Shown: piece by piece, positions 7,244 through 16,210 of the stretch
Position numbering within the stretch: the first letter of the stretch is position 1
Layout of the letters: every line of letters starts with the position of its first letter
Source of the DNA: Eubacteriales bacterium
GTDB taxonomy: Bacteria > Bacillota > Clostridia > Oscillospirales > CAG-272
NCBI GenBank assembly: GCA_045596585.1
Contig: JAZOCP010000166.1
Span: 1 to 26,185, forward strand
Length of the DNA stretch: 26,185 nucleotides
Direction of reading: 5' to 3'
Notes under the pieces: model-generated
Databases searched by the model: none
What the model was told of the DNA's origin: nothing
What the model saw: the letters and a program-made list of their open reading frames with translations, nothing else
Made by a program: the position numbers and the translations under genes

Positions 7244-9379
7244 ATGGATTTTAACACCCCTGTAAAAAAGCTATATGGTGTTGGCGAAAAATTAGAAAAA
7301 TCACTCAACAATGGTGGTATTTATACGGTTAAGGATATGCTCTACCATTTTCCGAGAGCTTATCAAAACAGAGCCGATGTTCGCGCATTGTGTGACGAAA
7401 GCTGTCATGGTGAATTTCATTCATATATTTTAACAATTGCAAACGAGCCAAAGGCAGTTATGATTAGACGCGGAATGAATTTGCTTAAGTTTCGTGCCTT
7501 TGACGAAAGCGGAACTGTAAATATTACTTATTTTAACCAGAATTATCTCAAGGATGTTTTTCACCAAGGTGCAACGTTTAGATTTTGGGGTAAGGTTACA
7601 AAGGAAAAGCGTACTCTTTCTATGAGCGCACCCGCCTATGAGCCTGTTTTGCCCACTCGTCCACTTAATGCATTAATTCCTGTTTATCCTCTTTTTTCAG
7701 GACTTAATCAAAAGCTTTTTGCTAAGCTTGAGGGAGAAATCATTTCTTCTCTACCAGAATTTTTAAATGATTATTTACCAAGCTATGTACGTACAGAAAA
7801 CAAGCTATGCACTCTTTCCTATGCTTTTGAAAACATACATTTTCCAAAAAGCGAGTCCTCGCTTGCACAAGCAATTAGGCGACTTACCTTTGATGAATTA
7901 TATCTGTTTGCACTTGCACTATCAAAAATTAAAAATGTGCAAAGCGACAGACTTGCCCCCGCTTTATTAGATAATGATATTAGTAAGTTTCTAAGACTAC
8001 TTCCATATGAGCCAACAGGCGCACAGACAAAGGCAATCAATGAGGTGCTTTTTGATATGTGCTCACAAGACGGCACAATGTTAAAAAAGCCAATGAATAG
8101 AATTGTTGTCGGTGATGTTGGAAGTGGTAAAACATTAGTTGCTGCTGTGAGTGCTTATATCACCTGTAAAAATGGCTATCAATGTGCCTTAATGGCGCCA
8201 ACTGAGATCTTGGCGACACAGCACTTTGAAACCTTAAAGCCGATGTTTGATTCACTTGGAATTAGCTGTGAATTGTTAACGGGCTCTACATCTGCAAAAG
8301 AAAAACGAGCAACGCTTGCTCGTCTTAAAAACGGAAGCTGCTCATTTATAATCGGCACTCATGCTTTAATTCAAGACAGTGTTGAATTTGATAAGCTTGC
8401 TCTTGCAATAACTGACGAGCAACACAGATTTGGTGCAAATCAGCGCTCCTCTCTTTCAGACAAGGGTTATTATGCACACACATTAGTTATGAGCGCAACG
8501 CCAATACCAAGAACACTTCAATTTATGATTTATGGTGACCTTGATATTTCTCTTATCGACCAAATGCCTCCAGGCAGAAAAAAGGTTTTAACTTATGTGG
8601 TTGATGAGAGTTATCGTGAAAGATTAAACGGCTTTATAAGAAAGCAAGTTGAAGCAAAGGGACAGGTTTATATTGTATGTCCAAGCGTTGAGGATAAGCA
8701 TGACGACATTGATAACGTTAGTGACTTCGACCCATTTAACCCTTTCTTTTTCGAAGGACAACCTCCTCTTAAATCCGCAGTTGATTATGCAAAGGAGCTT
8801 TCAGAAAGCATATTCCCAGACTTAAATATCGCATTTATACACGGAAAAATGAAGGGAACGGACAAGGACAAGATTATGTCAGAATTTTCCCTCGGCAACA
8901 TTGATATCTTAGTTTCTACAACCGTTATTGAGGTTGGTGTAAATGTACCGAATGCTTCTCTTATGATAGTTGAAAATGCTGAGCGCTTTGGTCTTTCTCA
9001 GCTTCATCAGCTACGTGGACGTGTTGGTCGTGGAAGCACACAATCCTATTGTATTTTAGTTTCTGACTCAAGGGGTGAAAATGCAAAGGAGCGTTTAGAA
9101 ATCATGAGAACAACATACGATGGCTATACTATTGCTGAGCGTGACCTGCAAATGAGAGGTCCTGGCGACTTCTTCTCTTCTGGCAGTGGCATCAGGCAAT
9201 CTGGTCAGCTTGATTTAGGAATTGCAAAATCCTGCACGGATACTTCTCTTGTGGGTAATGCGTTTGAAAGTGCCAGAAAAACACTCTTAATTGACCCTAC
9301 ACTATCAAACGAGGAGCATAGTAAGATCAAAATATTAGTTGAAAGGCTATGTGACGAAAAAAATAGTACAATTAACTAA
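7244..9379 (+). CDS. recG: ATP-dependent DNA helicase RecG
   Basis: GDVGSGKT, DEQH, SATPIPRTL and QLRGRVGR motifs, N-terminal wedge domain, SD AAAGGAGG. Confidence 0.97.
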   Translation: MDFNTPVKKLYGVGEKLEKSLNNGGIYTVKDMLYHFPRAYQNRADVRALCDESCHGEFHSYILTIANEPKAVMIRRGMNLLKFRAFDESGTVNITYFNQNYLKDVFHQGATFRFWGKVTKEKRTLSMSAPAYEPVLPTRPLNALIPVYPLFSGLNQKLFAKLEGEIISSLPEFLNDYLPSYVRTENKLCTLSYAFENIHFPKSESSLAQAIRRLTFDELYLFALALSKIKNVQSDRLAPALLDNDISKFLRLLPYEPTGAQTKAINEVLFDMCSQDGTMLKKPMNRIVVGDVGSGKTLVAAVSAYITCKNGYQCALMAPTEILATQHFETLKPMFDSLGISCELLTGSTSAKEKRATLARLKNGSCSFIIGTHALIQDSVEFDKLALAITDEQHRFGANQRSSLSDKGYYAHTLVMSATPIPRTLQFMIYGDLDISLIDQMPPGRKKVLTYVVDESYRERLNGFIRKQVEAKGQVYIVCPSVEDKHDDIDNVSDFDPFNPFFFEGQPPLKSAVDYAKELSESIFPDLNIAFIHGKMKGTDKDKIMSEFSLGNIDILVSTTVIEVGVNVPNASLMIVENAERFGLSQLHQLRGRVGRGSTQSYCILVSDSRGENAKERLEIMRTTYDGYTIAERDLQMRGPGDFFSSGSGIRQSGQLDLGIAKSCTDTSLVGNAFESARKTLLIDPTLSNEEHSKIKILVERLCDEKNSTIN

Positions 9380-9576
9380 AAATGTACTGATTTTTTCACA
9401 ATTATTTGTAAGATGATAAGTACATTAGATAATATACTATTTTAACACAAACTAAAATCAACATTTTTGTTGACAAAATAGTATAATAAAAACCAGTTTT
9501 ATATCAAATTTTTGGGTGGCAAAAAGTCAAACTTTACATTGGTCTTTTTACAATTGCCCACACAAAGGAGTATGCA

Positions 9577-9867
9577 ATGAACATTGGAGAAAAAATCAGA
9601 AACGCAAGAGAAGATTTAGACCTTTCACAGGAAGAGGTTGCGCGCCAAATTCCTATGAGCCAATCAGGTTATTCAAAAATTGAACGCAACGTTCAAGAGC
9701 CAAGCATTATGCAGCTTCGCCGCATTTGCCAAATTTTGAATATCAGTGCGGATTTTCTTCTTGCACTCAACCACTTTGATACCTTGTCAGAGAATGATTT
9801 ATCCCTACTTTACGATATTAAATCAGCAATCAAGAAACATCTTGACAAGATAACTCAAGGCAATTAA
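9577..9867 (+). CDS. XRE/Cro-C1-family helix-turn-helix transcriptional regulator
   Basis: MNIGEKIRNAREDLDLSQEEVARQIPMSQSGYSKIERNVQEPS...LNISADFLL is a typical HTH_3 pattern; SD AAAGGAG. Confidence 0.9.
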   Translation: MNIGEKIRNAREDLDLSQEEVARQIPMSQSGYSKIERNVQEPSIMQLRRICQILNISADFLLALNHFDTLSENDLSLLYDIKSAIKKHLDKITQGN

Positions 9868-9879
9868 TTTTATTTGTAA

Positions 9880-9909
9880 AAAAAAGGCACTCAATCGAGT
9901 GCCTTTTTT
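9880..9909. terminator. Bidirectional intrinsic terminator
   Basis: AAAAAAGGCACTC-aatc-GAGTGCCTTTTTT between the convergent XRE and DUF1846 genes. Confidence 0.9.
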
Positions 9910-9912
9910 GTT

Positions 9913-11397
9913 TTATCCATGGAATAATTTTTTTGTTTGATACATTGGCTCACAGGTCAAGTGGACACCAAGTTTCCTAAAGGTTGCAACATCAACAGGA
10001 GATAAAATTACAGAGGAGTGTAGCTCTGCATTTCTTAGTTCCTTTAGCGCATCCATTGCGCGTTTTGCCTTTTCATCAGTTGCAGCTGTAATTGCAAGAG
10101 CAATTAACACCTCATCAGTATGAAGCCTTGGGTTGTGGTTGCCAAGGTTTTCTATTTTTAGCCTTTGTACTGGCTCTAATACCTCGTGAGAAATAATATC
10201 AATTTCCTTATCAATTCCCGCAATCACCTTTACTGCGTTTACAAGCACTGCGCTTGATGCACCAAGAAGTGATGAGGTTTTTCCAGTCACTATTCTGCCA
10301 TCAGGTAGTTCAATAGCTGCAGCTGGTGCGCCTGTTTCTTCTGCCCTATCAAGCGCTGCTTGAATGCATCTTCTCTGCTTAGCATTAATTGAGCTTTGAT
10401 TCATAAGGAGCTTGATTTTGTTAATTTCCTCCTCACACATATTGCCCTTTCTTTGTTGGCAAAGAGCATTATAGTATCTTCTTATAATTTCATTGTTTGC
10501 ACTTTCTCTTACAGCCTCGTCGTCAAATATACAGTTGCCTGCCATATTGACACCCATATCTGTTGGAGATTTATATGGGCATTTACCCATAATTCCCTCA
10601 TACATTGCGCGAAGAACAGGGAAAATTTCAACGTCTCTGTTATAGTTTACAGCTGTTGTACCATATGCCTCAAGGTGGAATGGGTCGATCATGTTTATAT
10701 CATTTAAGTCAGCAGTTGCTGCCTCATATGCTACGTTTACAGGGTGAGAAAGAGGAATATTCCATACAGGGAAGGTTTCAAACTTTGCATAACCAGCATT
10801 AACGCCACGCTTATGCTCGTGATAAATTTGAGATAAGCAGGTTGCCATTTTACCGCTACCTGGTCCAGGTGCTGTAACTACAACAAGCTCTCTTTCAGTT
10901 TCTATATACTCATTTTGACCATAGCCTTGGTCGCTAACAATATAATCAATATCATATGGGTAATTCTTTATTGCATAGTGCTTATAAACCTTAATTCCAA
11001 GTCCCTCAAGCTTATTTTTGAACGCCTCAACTGCAGAAGTTGAGTCATATTTTGTTAAAACATCGCTACCAACATATAGTCCAAAGCCACGGAATGCATC
11101 AATTAAACGTAAAACATCGAGGTCGTATGTAATGCCGAGGTCGCCTCTTACCTTATTCTTTTCGATATCGGCAGAGTTTACAGCAATAATTATTTCAGCT
11201 TGCTCCTTCAACTCTGCAAGCATTCTGATTTTACTATCAGGCTCAAAGCCAGGAAGAACACGAGAAGCATGGTAATCATCAAAAAGCTTTCCACCAAATT
11301 CAAGATAGAGTTTTCCGCCAAACTGTGCTATTCTTTCCTTAATCTTCTCTGACTGAAGCTTAAGGTATTTATCATTGTCAAATCCTATTTTATACAT
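9913..11397 (-). CDS. DUF1846 (UPF0371) family protein
   Basis: Characteristic N-terminus MYKIGFDNDKYLKLQSEKIKERIAQFGGKLYLEFGGKLFDDYHASRVLPGF, plus TAPGPGSGK and YAKFETFP. ATG 11397 preferred over TTG 11403 because SD GAGGA lies 7 nt upstream. Confidence 0.88.
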   Translation of the reverse strand: MYKIGFDNDKYLKLQSEKIKERIAQFGGKLYLEFGGKLFDDYHASRVLPGFEPDSKIRMLAELKEQAEIIIAVNSADIEKNKVRGDLGITYDLDVLRLIDAFRGFGLYVGSDVLTKYDSTSAVEAFKNKLEGLGIKVYKHYAIKNYPYDIDYIVSDQGYGQNEYIETERELVVVTAPGPGSGKMATCLSQIYHEHKRGVNAGYAKFETFPVWNIPLSHPVNVAYEAATADLNDINMIDPFHLEAYGTTAVNYNRDVEIFPVLRAMYEGIMGKCPYKSPTDMGVNMAGNCIFDDEAVRESANNEIIRRYYNALCQQRKGNMCEEEINKIKLLMNQSSINAKQRRCIQAALDRAEETGAPAAAIELPDGRIVTGKTSSLLGASSAVLVNAVKVIAGIDKEIDIISHEVLEPVQRLKIENLGNHNPRLHTDEVLIALAITAATDEKAKRAMDALKELRNAELHSSVILSPVDVATFRKLGVHLTCEPMYQTKKLFHG

Positions 11398-11409
11398 TAC
11401 CAAGTCCTC

Positions 11410-12639
11410 TTACTTTAATCTGATATGCACAGGCATACCGTTTTCATACTTTATGGTCTTTTCTCCTAAAATGAGTGGAGAAATATATTCAATACATTCT
11501 TTTGTCACATTGTTACCAGCTTCATTTATATACTCGCGTGGAACAAGCTTAACCTTATTTGCAACTAAAGAAACGTCTTTGGCAGTAATTTCAACACCAT
11601 ATTCTCCACTCTTACGAGTAAAGCATAGCATTTTTCCATTTTCGCCATTTTCAGCATATTCAACTGAGGCTTTTCCAATTAATACGCTTTCATCAATATC
11701 AACAGCTGATGCAATATGAGATGCACAGCGTTGAAGTATATTAAGCTCAACCGAGCGCACCTTACATCCAATTTCGCGTTTTACAAGCGCCTCAAGATAT
11801 TTAGCAGTACCTGCTAAATATTTATGTCCAAATACGTCAACTGCACCACTTTGATTGCTTGCGCCAACATATTCTCCGTTTTCGTATCTAATACCCTCAC
11901 TTACAGCGACAACGACATTAGGATGAGTCTCAAGCTCCTTTTCAACAGCTGACAAAAACTCATTATCATAAAATGGAACCTCAGGTAAATAAATGAGGTC
12001 GGCGCCTACGCCTGTATAGTGCTTTGGCAAGGCAGCAGCGGCAGTAAGCCAACCCGCATCTCTACCCATCATTTCAACAATAGTAACAGCATTTACCTTA
12101 TAAACAGCACAGTCAGTTGCAATTTCATGTATTGCTGTTGCAATAAATTTAGCAGCAGAGCCAAATCCTGGTGTGTGGTCAGTTTCAGGAAGATCATTAT
12201 CTATGGTTTTAGGCACACCGATAATTCTAATTTCATAATCAATATTTTTTGCATATTCAAAAAGCTTATAAACAGTGTCCATTGAATCATTTCCACCAAT
12301 GTAGAAAAAGTATCTTATATCATAGCTTTTGAAAGTTTCAAAAATTTTGGAATAAACATCGTTTTCCTCATTAAACGAAGGAAGCTTTTTTCTACATGAG
12401 CCAAGCGCACTGGCAGGAGTTAACTCAAGAGAAGAAAGAGCCTCGTCATTATTAAAAAGATATGAAAGGTCTATTATCTTATTGTCAAGAAAGCCCTCTA
12501 TTCCATTTACCATGCCATAAAGCTTTTCAATAGCTGCACTGTTCGCGCAACCACGAATTACGCCTGACAAGGTAGCATTTATTGCTGAGGTTGGTCCACC
12601 TGACTGACCTACAATTGCATTTCCCTTTAGTAAAGACAT
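11410..12639 (-). CDS. pfk: 6-phosphofructokinase family protein, likely pyrophosphate-dependent
   Basis: GQSGGPTSAIN, IGGNDSMDT, PKTIDNDL and EMMGRDAGWL motifs; Asp in GGNDS is the PPi-type signature. Confidence 0.9.
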   Translation of the reverse strand: MSLLKGNAIVGQSGGPTSAINATLSGVIRGCANSAAIEKLYGMVNGIEGFLDNKIIDLSYLFNNDEALSSLELTPASALGSCRKKLPSFNEENDVYSKIFETFKSYDIRYFFYIGGNDSMDTVYKLFEYAKNIDYEIRIIGVPKTIDNDLPETDHTPGFGSAAKFIATAIHEIATDCAVYKVNAVTIVEMMGRDAGWLTAAAALPKHYTGVGADLIYLPEVPFYDNEFLSAVEKELETHPNVVVAVSEGIRYENGEYVGASNQSGAVDVFGHKYLAGTAKYLEALVKREIGCKVRSVELNILQRCASHIASAVDIDESVLIGKASVEYAENGENGKMLCFTRKSGEYGVEITAKDVSLVANKVKLVPREYINEAGNNVTKECIEYISPLILGEKTIKYENGMPVHIRLK

Positions 12640-12674
12640 AGGTACTCCTCCAAGATAGCTTAATCACAAAGAAT

Positions 12675-12703
12675 AGTATATCACATACGCATAAAAAAGT
12701 CAA
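12675..12703 (-). promoter_or_regulatory. SigA-type promoter for pfk-DUF1846
   Basis: Minus strand TTGACT-N17-TATACT with extended -10 (TGaTATACT). Confidence 0.78.
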
Positions 12704-12887
12704 ATGAAAACGCGCGATTTTTTATGATATTTGTCACAATTTTATTTTTTACGCAAAACTCAAATTTTAAAAAGTCGTACAAAGCCTTGATTTTATTGAT
12801 TTTTAGAGTTTTTTGCCCTTTTTTAGACAATATACACAAAAAATTTGAATATTTTTTAAAAAATCTATTTATTTTCACAATAATTTG

Positions 12888-12896
12888 TGGTATAAT
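12888..12896 (+). promoter_or_regulatory. Extended -10 promoter element for hpf
   Basis: TGgTATAAT 64 nt upstream of the ATG; only a poor -35 (TTTATT) at 17 nt spacing. Confidence 0.6.
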
Positions 12897-12960
12897 AAAT
12901 ACAACAGAGGCAGTAGTATCTTGCTTCTGCCCTGAAATCCATTAGCAAAGAGGTGTTCAT

Positions 12961-13482
12961 ATGAAAATGAATTTTACCGCACGACAAATGAAGGTTTACG
13001 ACCAAGTTAAGCAAAACGCTGAAAAGAAGCTATCCAAGTTCGACAAGTTTTTTGGCGATGAGGCTGAGATGGACATCACATTTTCAATGCCAAACGGGCT
13101 TGAAATGGTAGAAATTACAATTCGCTCACAGGGTATGGTTTTCCGTGCTGAGGAGGCAGCTGAAACATTTGCAAATGCAATTGACAGTGCAACCGAGGCG
13201 CTTGAAAGACAAATTAGAAAAAACAAAACACGCCTACAAAAAAGAGTAAAGGCTGAGGCGTTTAGTATAATAGATGATGACATTGGTGAAATTGAAGAGG
13301 AATATGTTCAAAATGTAAGAACCAAGACCTTCCCATTTAAGCCAATGGGTGTTGAAGAGGCAATTTTGCAGATGAATATGTTAGGTCACGATTTCTTTGT
13401 TTTCAAGGATGCAGAAACACTTGAAACCTGCGTTGTTTATAGACGTAAAAGAGGTGGCTACGGTTTAATTGTTCCTGAATAA
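12961..13482 (+). CDS. hpf: Ribosome hibernation promoting factor, long HPF (RaiA family)
   Basis: AEKKLSKFDKFF, VEITI...FRAEE, AIDSATEALERQIRKNKTRL; C-terminal KTFPFKPMGVEEAILQMNMLGHDFFVF and VVYRRKRGGYGLI. Confidence 0.95.
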   Translation: MKMNFTARQMKVYDQVKQNAEKKLSKFDKFFGDEAEMDITFSMPNGLEMVEITIRSQGMVFRAEEAAETFANAIDSATEALERQIRKNKTRLQKRVKAEAFSIIDDDIGEIEEEYVQNVRTKTFPFKPMGVEEAILQMNMLGHDFFVFKDAETLETCVVYRRKRGGYGLIVPE

Positions 13483-13492
13483 TAGAATCGGT

Positions 13493-13529
13493 GGGGTGGG
13501 CAAAATTGCCCACCCCGTGTTTGTTTTTT
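13493..13529 (+). terminator. Intrinsic terminator after hpf
   Basis: GGGGTGGGCA-aaat-TGCCCACCCC followed by GTGTTTGTTTTTT. Confidence 0.8.
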
Positions 13530-13593
13530 ATTTGCTTATTGAGAAGTTTTCGCGACAATTCAAGGCTTGTGATTTTGTTTTTTCTCTACATTA

Positions 13594-13622
13594 TTGCATT
13601 TAATTTATTGATATGGTAATAT
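13594..13622 (+). promoter_or_regulatory. Putative SigA promoter of the deo operon
   Basis: TTGCAT-N17-TAATAT with TG extension; an overlapping TATAAT lies at 13620-13625. Confidence 0.55.
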
Positions 13623-13659
13623 AATATTGTAGGGACAAGATGCCCTTTTGGAGGTTAAA

Positions 13660-14337
13660 ATGGATATTAAAAAAATTCTTTCATATGTTGACCACACTTA
13701 TCTTAATCAAATGGCTACATGGCAAGATATAAAAAGAACCTGTGACGAGGGCATTAAATACTCTTGCGCCTCAGTTTGCATTCCACCATCGTTTGTAAGA
13801 ATGGCAAAGGAATATTGCCAAGACAAGGTTAAGATTTGCACAGTTACAGGCTTTCCAAATGGGTATTCAACCAACAGGACAAAATGCTTCGAATCGCAAG
13901 AGGCGGTTATGGCAGGAGCGGACGAAATTGATACTGTTATAAACATTGGTGATTTAAAGTCAGCAAACTATGAAAAGGTATTAAACGACTTAAAGGACAT
14001 AAAAGCATCTTGCCAAGGCAAGGTTTTAAAGGTTATTATTGAAACGTGCTTGTTAAATGAATATGAAAAGCAAAAAATGTGTGAATTAGTTAGCAATTCT
14101 GGTGCTGACTTTATTAAAACATCAACTGGCTTTTCAACTGGTGGCGCTACAAGAGAGGATATAATTCTCTTCTCTAAATACGTTGCCCCACATGTAAAGA
14201 TTAAAGCAGCTGGTGGAATTGCATCGATTGAGGATGCAGAGGACTTTATTTCACTTGGCGCTTCAAGGCTTGGCACAAGCAGAATAGTAAAATTAGTAGA
14301 AAAGGATGGACTAAACAATGGCAACTCCTCATATTAA
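13660..14337 (+). CDS. deoC: Deoxyribose-phosphate aldolase
   Basis: VDHTYL, ASVCIPP, GADEIDTVIN, KVIIET, DFIKTSTGF, KAAGGI and RLGTS motifs. Start moved to ATG 13660 because SD GGAGGT covers the track's TTG. Confidence 0.95.
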   Translation: MDIKKILSYVDHTYLNQMATWQDIKRTCDEGIKYSCASVCIPPSFVRMAKEYCQDKVKICTVTGFPNGYSTNRTKCFESQEAVMAGADEIDTVINIGDLKSANYEKVLNDLKDIKASCQGKVLKVIIETCLLNEYEKQKMCELVSNSGADFIKTSTGFSTGGATREDIILFSKYVAPHVKIKAAGGIASIEDAEDFISLGASRLGTSRIVKLVEKDGLNNGNSSY

Positions 14338-15043
14338 TGCAGAAAAAGGCGCATTTGCGAAAACAGTTTTAATGCCAGGTGACCCTTTACGTGCAAAATT
14401 TATAGCTGAAACATTTTTAGATAACGCAAGGCTTGTAAACAACGTGCGCGGAATTCAGGGTTATACTGGTACATATAAGGGTGTGCCTGTTAGTGTAATG
14501 GCAAGTGGCATGGGTATGCCCTCAATTGGTATTTATTCATATGAGCTATATTCTTTTTTTGGTGTTGAAAATATTATTCGTGTCGGCTCTGCGGGTGGTA
14601 TGCAGGAAAGCGTTAAGCTACGTGACCTTGTAATTGGAATGGGTGCATGTACAAACTCAAGCTTCGCCTCACAATATGACCTTCCTGGCACATTTGCGCC
14701 TATCGCAAATTACAATTTAATGCGCACCTGTGTCGAAAAAGCCGATTTTTATGGGATAAATTACCATATTGGAAACTTGCTTTCAAGCGACACCTTTTAT
14801 AACGAGCTTGATATGAAAAGACCTAAGGGGGAGGACTCTCCTTGGAAAAAAATGGGCGTTTTAGCTGTCGAAATGGAGGCGGCTGCTTTATATATGACTG
14901 CTGCACGTCTTGGCAAAAACGCGCTTGCCATTTGTACAATTTCCGACCATCTTTTAACAGGTGAGGAAACTACAAGTGAGGAAAGACAAAAAACCTTTAC
15001 CGATATGATAACACTTGCACTTGAGGTAGCAATAGATTTATGA
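14318..15043 (+). CDS. deoD: Purine-nucleoside phosphorylase (DeoD type)
   Basis: MATPHINA, VLMPGDPLRAKFIAETFL, GMGMPSIGIY, RVGSAG, AVEMEAAALY and TISDH motifs. Confidence 0.96.
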   Translation: MATPHINAEKGAFAKTVLMPGDPLRAKFIAETFLDNARLVNNVRGIQGYTGTYKGVPVSVMASGMGMPSIGIYSYELYSFFGVENIIRVGSAGGMQESVKLRDLVIGMGACTNSSFASQYDLPGTFAPIANYNLMRTCVEKADFYGINYHIGNLLSSDTFYNELDMKRPKGEDSPWKKMGVLAVEMEAAALYMTAARLGKNALAICTISDHLLTGEETTSEERQKTFTDMITLALEVAIDL

Positions 15044-16200
15044 AAAGAGCATTTTTAATAGTTCTTGATAGCTTTGGCATAGGTGCTTTGCCTGATGCTG
15101 CCGATTTTGGTGATGCTGGTGCCTCAACTATAGGCAGTGTATCAAGCTCACAAAAGCTAAAAATACCCAACCTAATTTCCTTAGGTCTTGGCAATATTGA
15201 TGGTGTTGACTGTATTGATAAAGCAGACACTCCCTCGGGTGTTTTTGCAAGATGCATGGAGCTTTCGCGTGGTAAAGACACAACTGTTGGCCATTGGGAA
15301 ATAGCTGGGGTTATTTCCTCTAATCCTCTACCCACCTATGAAAATGGCTTTCCAGAGGAAATAATAAAAGAGTTTGAAAAAAGAACCAAAAGACGTGTTA
15401 TTTGTAATCTTCCCTACTCTGGCACTGAGGTGATTAAGGACTATGGCAAGGAGCATATAGAAACAGGTGCGTTAATTGTTTACACCTCTGCCGATAGTGT
15501 TTTTCAAATTGCTGCGCATGAGGAATATGTACCTCTTGAAAAGCTATATGAGTATTGTGAAATTGCAAGAGAAATGCTTGTAGGCAAATGGGCAGTTGGA
15601 CGTGTAATTGCAAGACCGTTTGTTGGCACATACCCAAGCTTTAAAAGAACAGCTAACAGGCGCGATTTTTCACTTGAACCTACCGCTAAAACGGTGCTCG
15701 ATGATTTAAAGGAAAACGGACTTGATGTTATTTCTGTTGGAAAAATCAGTGATATTTTTGCATCTCGTGGTATTACAAGAGCACATAAAACTCACTCTAA
15801 TCTCGAAGGAATAAAGAAAACAATTGAGCTTATGAAATTAGACTTTTCTGGTCTTTGCTTTACCAATCTTGTTGACTTTGATATGATTTATGGTCACAGA
15901 AATGATATAGATGGGTATGCGCAGGCGCTAAGCGAGTTTGATATGTATTTACCCGAGCTTTTAGATGGGCTTTTAGATGATGATATTTTAATTATAACCG
16001 CAGACCATGGCTGCGACCCTGGGGATAGAAGCACTGACCACACACGAGAATATGTACCACTTTTGGTTTATAAAAAGGGTATTGTGCCAAAAAATCTTGG
16101 TACTCTTACCTCCTTTAGTGCTATTGCCTCTTCACTTGGTGAATATTTTGGAACTGGATTTAGAGGCACAGAAGAAAGCATACTATCTAAATTATATTAA
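15040..16200 (+). CDS. deoB: Phosphopentomutase
   Basis: RAFLIVLDSFGIG, GKDTTVGHWEIAG, YTSADSVFQIAAHE, RVIARPF, NLVDFD..YGHRND, TADHGCDP and DHTREYVP motifs; ATGA overlap with deoD. Confidence 0.96.
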   Translation: MKRAFLIVLDSFGIGALPDAADFGDAGASTIGSVSSSQKLKIPNLISLGLGNIDGVDCIDKADTPSGVFARCMELSRGKDTTVGHWEIAGVISSNPLPTYENGFPEEIIKEFEKRTKRRVICNLPYSGTEVIKDYGKEHIETGALIVYTSADSVFQIAAHEEYVPLEKLYEYCEIAREMLVGKWAVGRVIARPFVGTYPSFKRTANRRDFSLEPTAKTVLDDLKENGLDVISVGKISDIFASRGITRAHKTHSNLEGIKKTIELMKLDFSGLCFTNLVDFDMIYGHRNDIDGYAQALSEFDMYLPELLDGLLDDDILIITADHGCDPGDRSTDHTREYVPLLVYKKGIVPKNLGTLTSFSAIASSLGEYFGTGFRGTEESILSKLY

Positions 16201-16210
16201 GGAGAACAAA

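Noticed and set aside
9470-9487. TTGACA and TATAAT upstream of the XRE gene
   Set aside because: Both hexamers are perfect but only 6 nt apart, so they cannot form one promoter; the XRE promoter is left uncalled.
9577-9867. XRE gene as a marker of a prophage, ICE or toxin-antitoxin module
   Set aside because: No integrase, toxin, metallopeptidase partner, att repeats or phage genes nearby; flanked by core genes.
16007-16210. 68-codon N-terminal extension on cdd in the ORF track
   Set aside because: Overlaps deoB out of frame; the SD and homology begin at ATG 16211.
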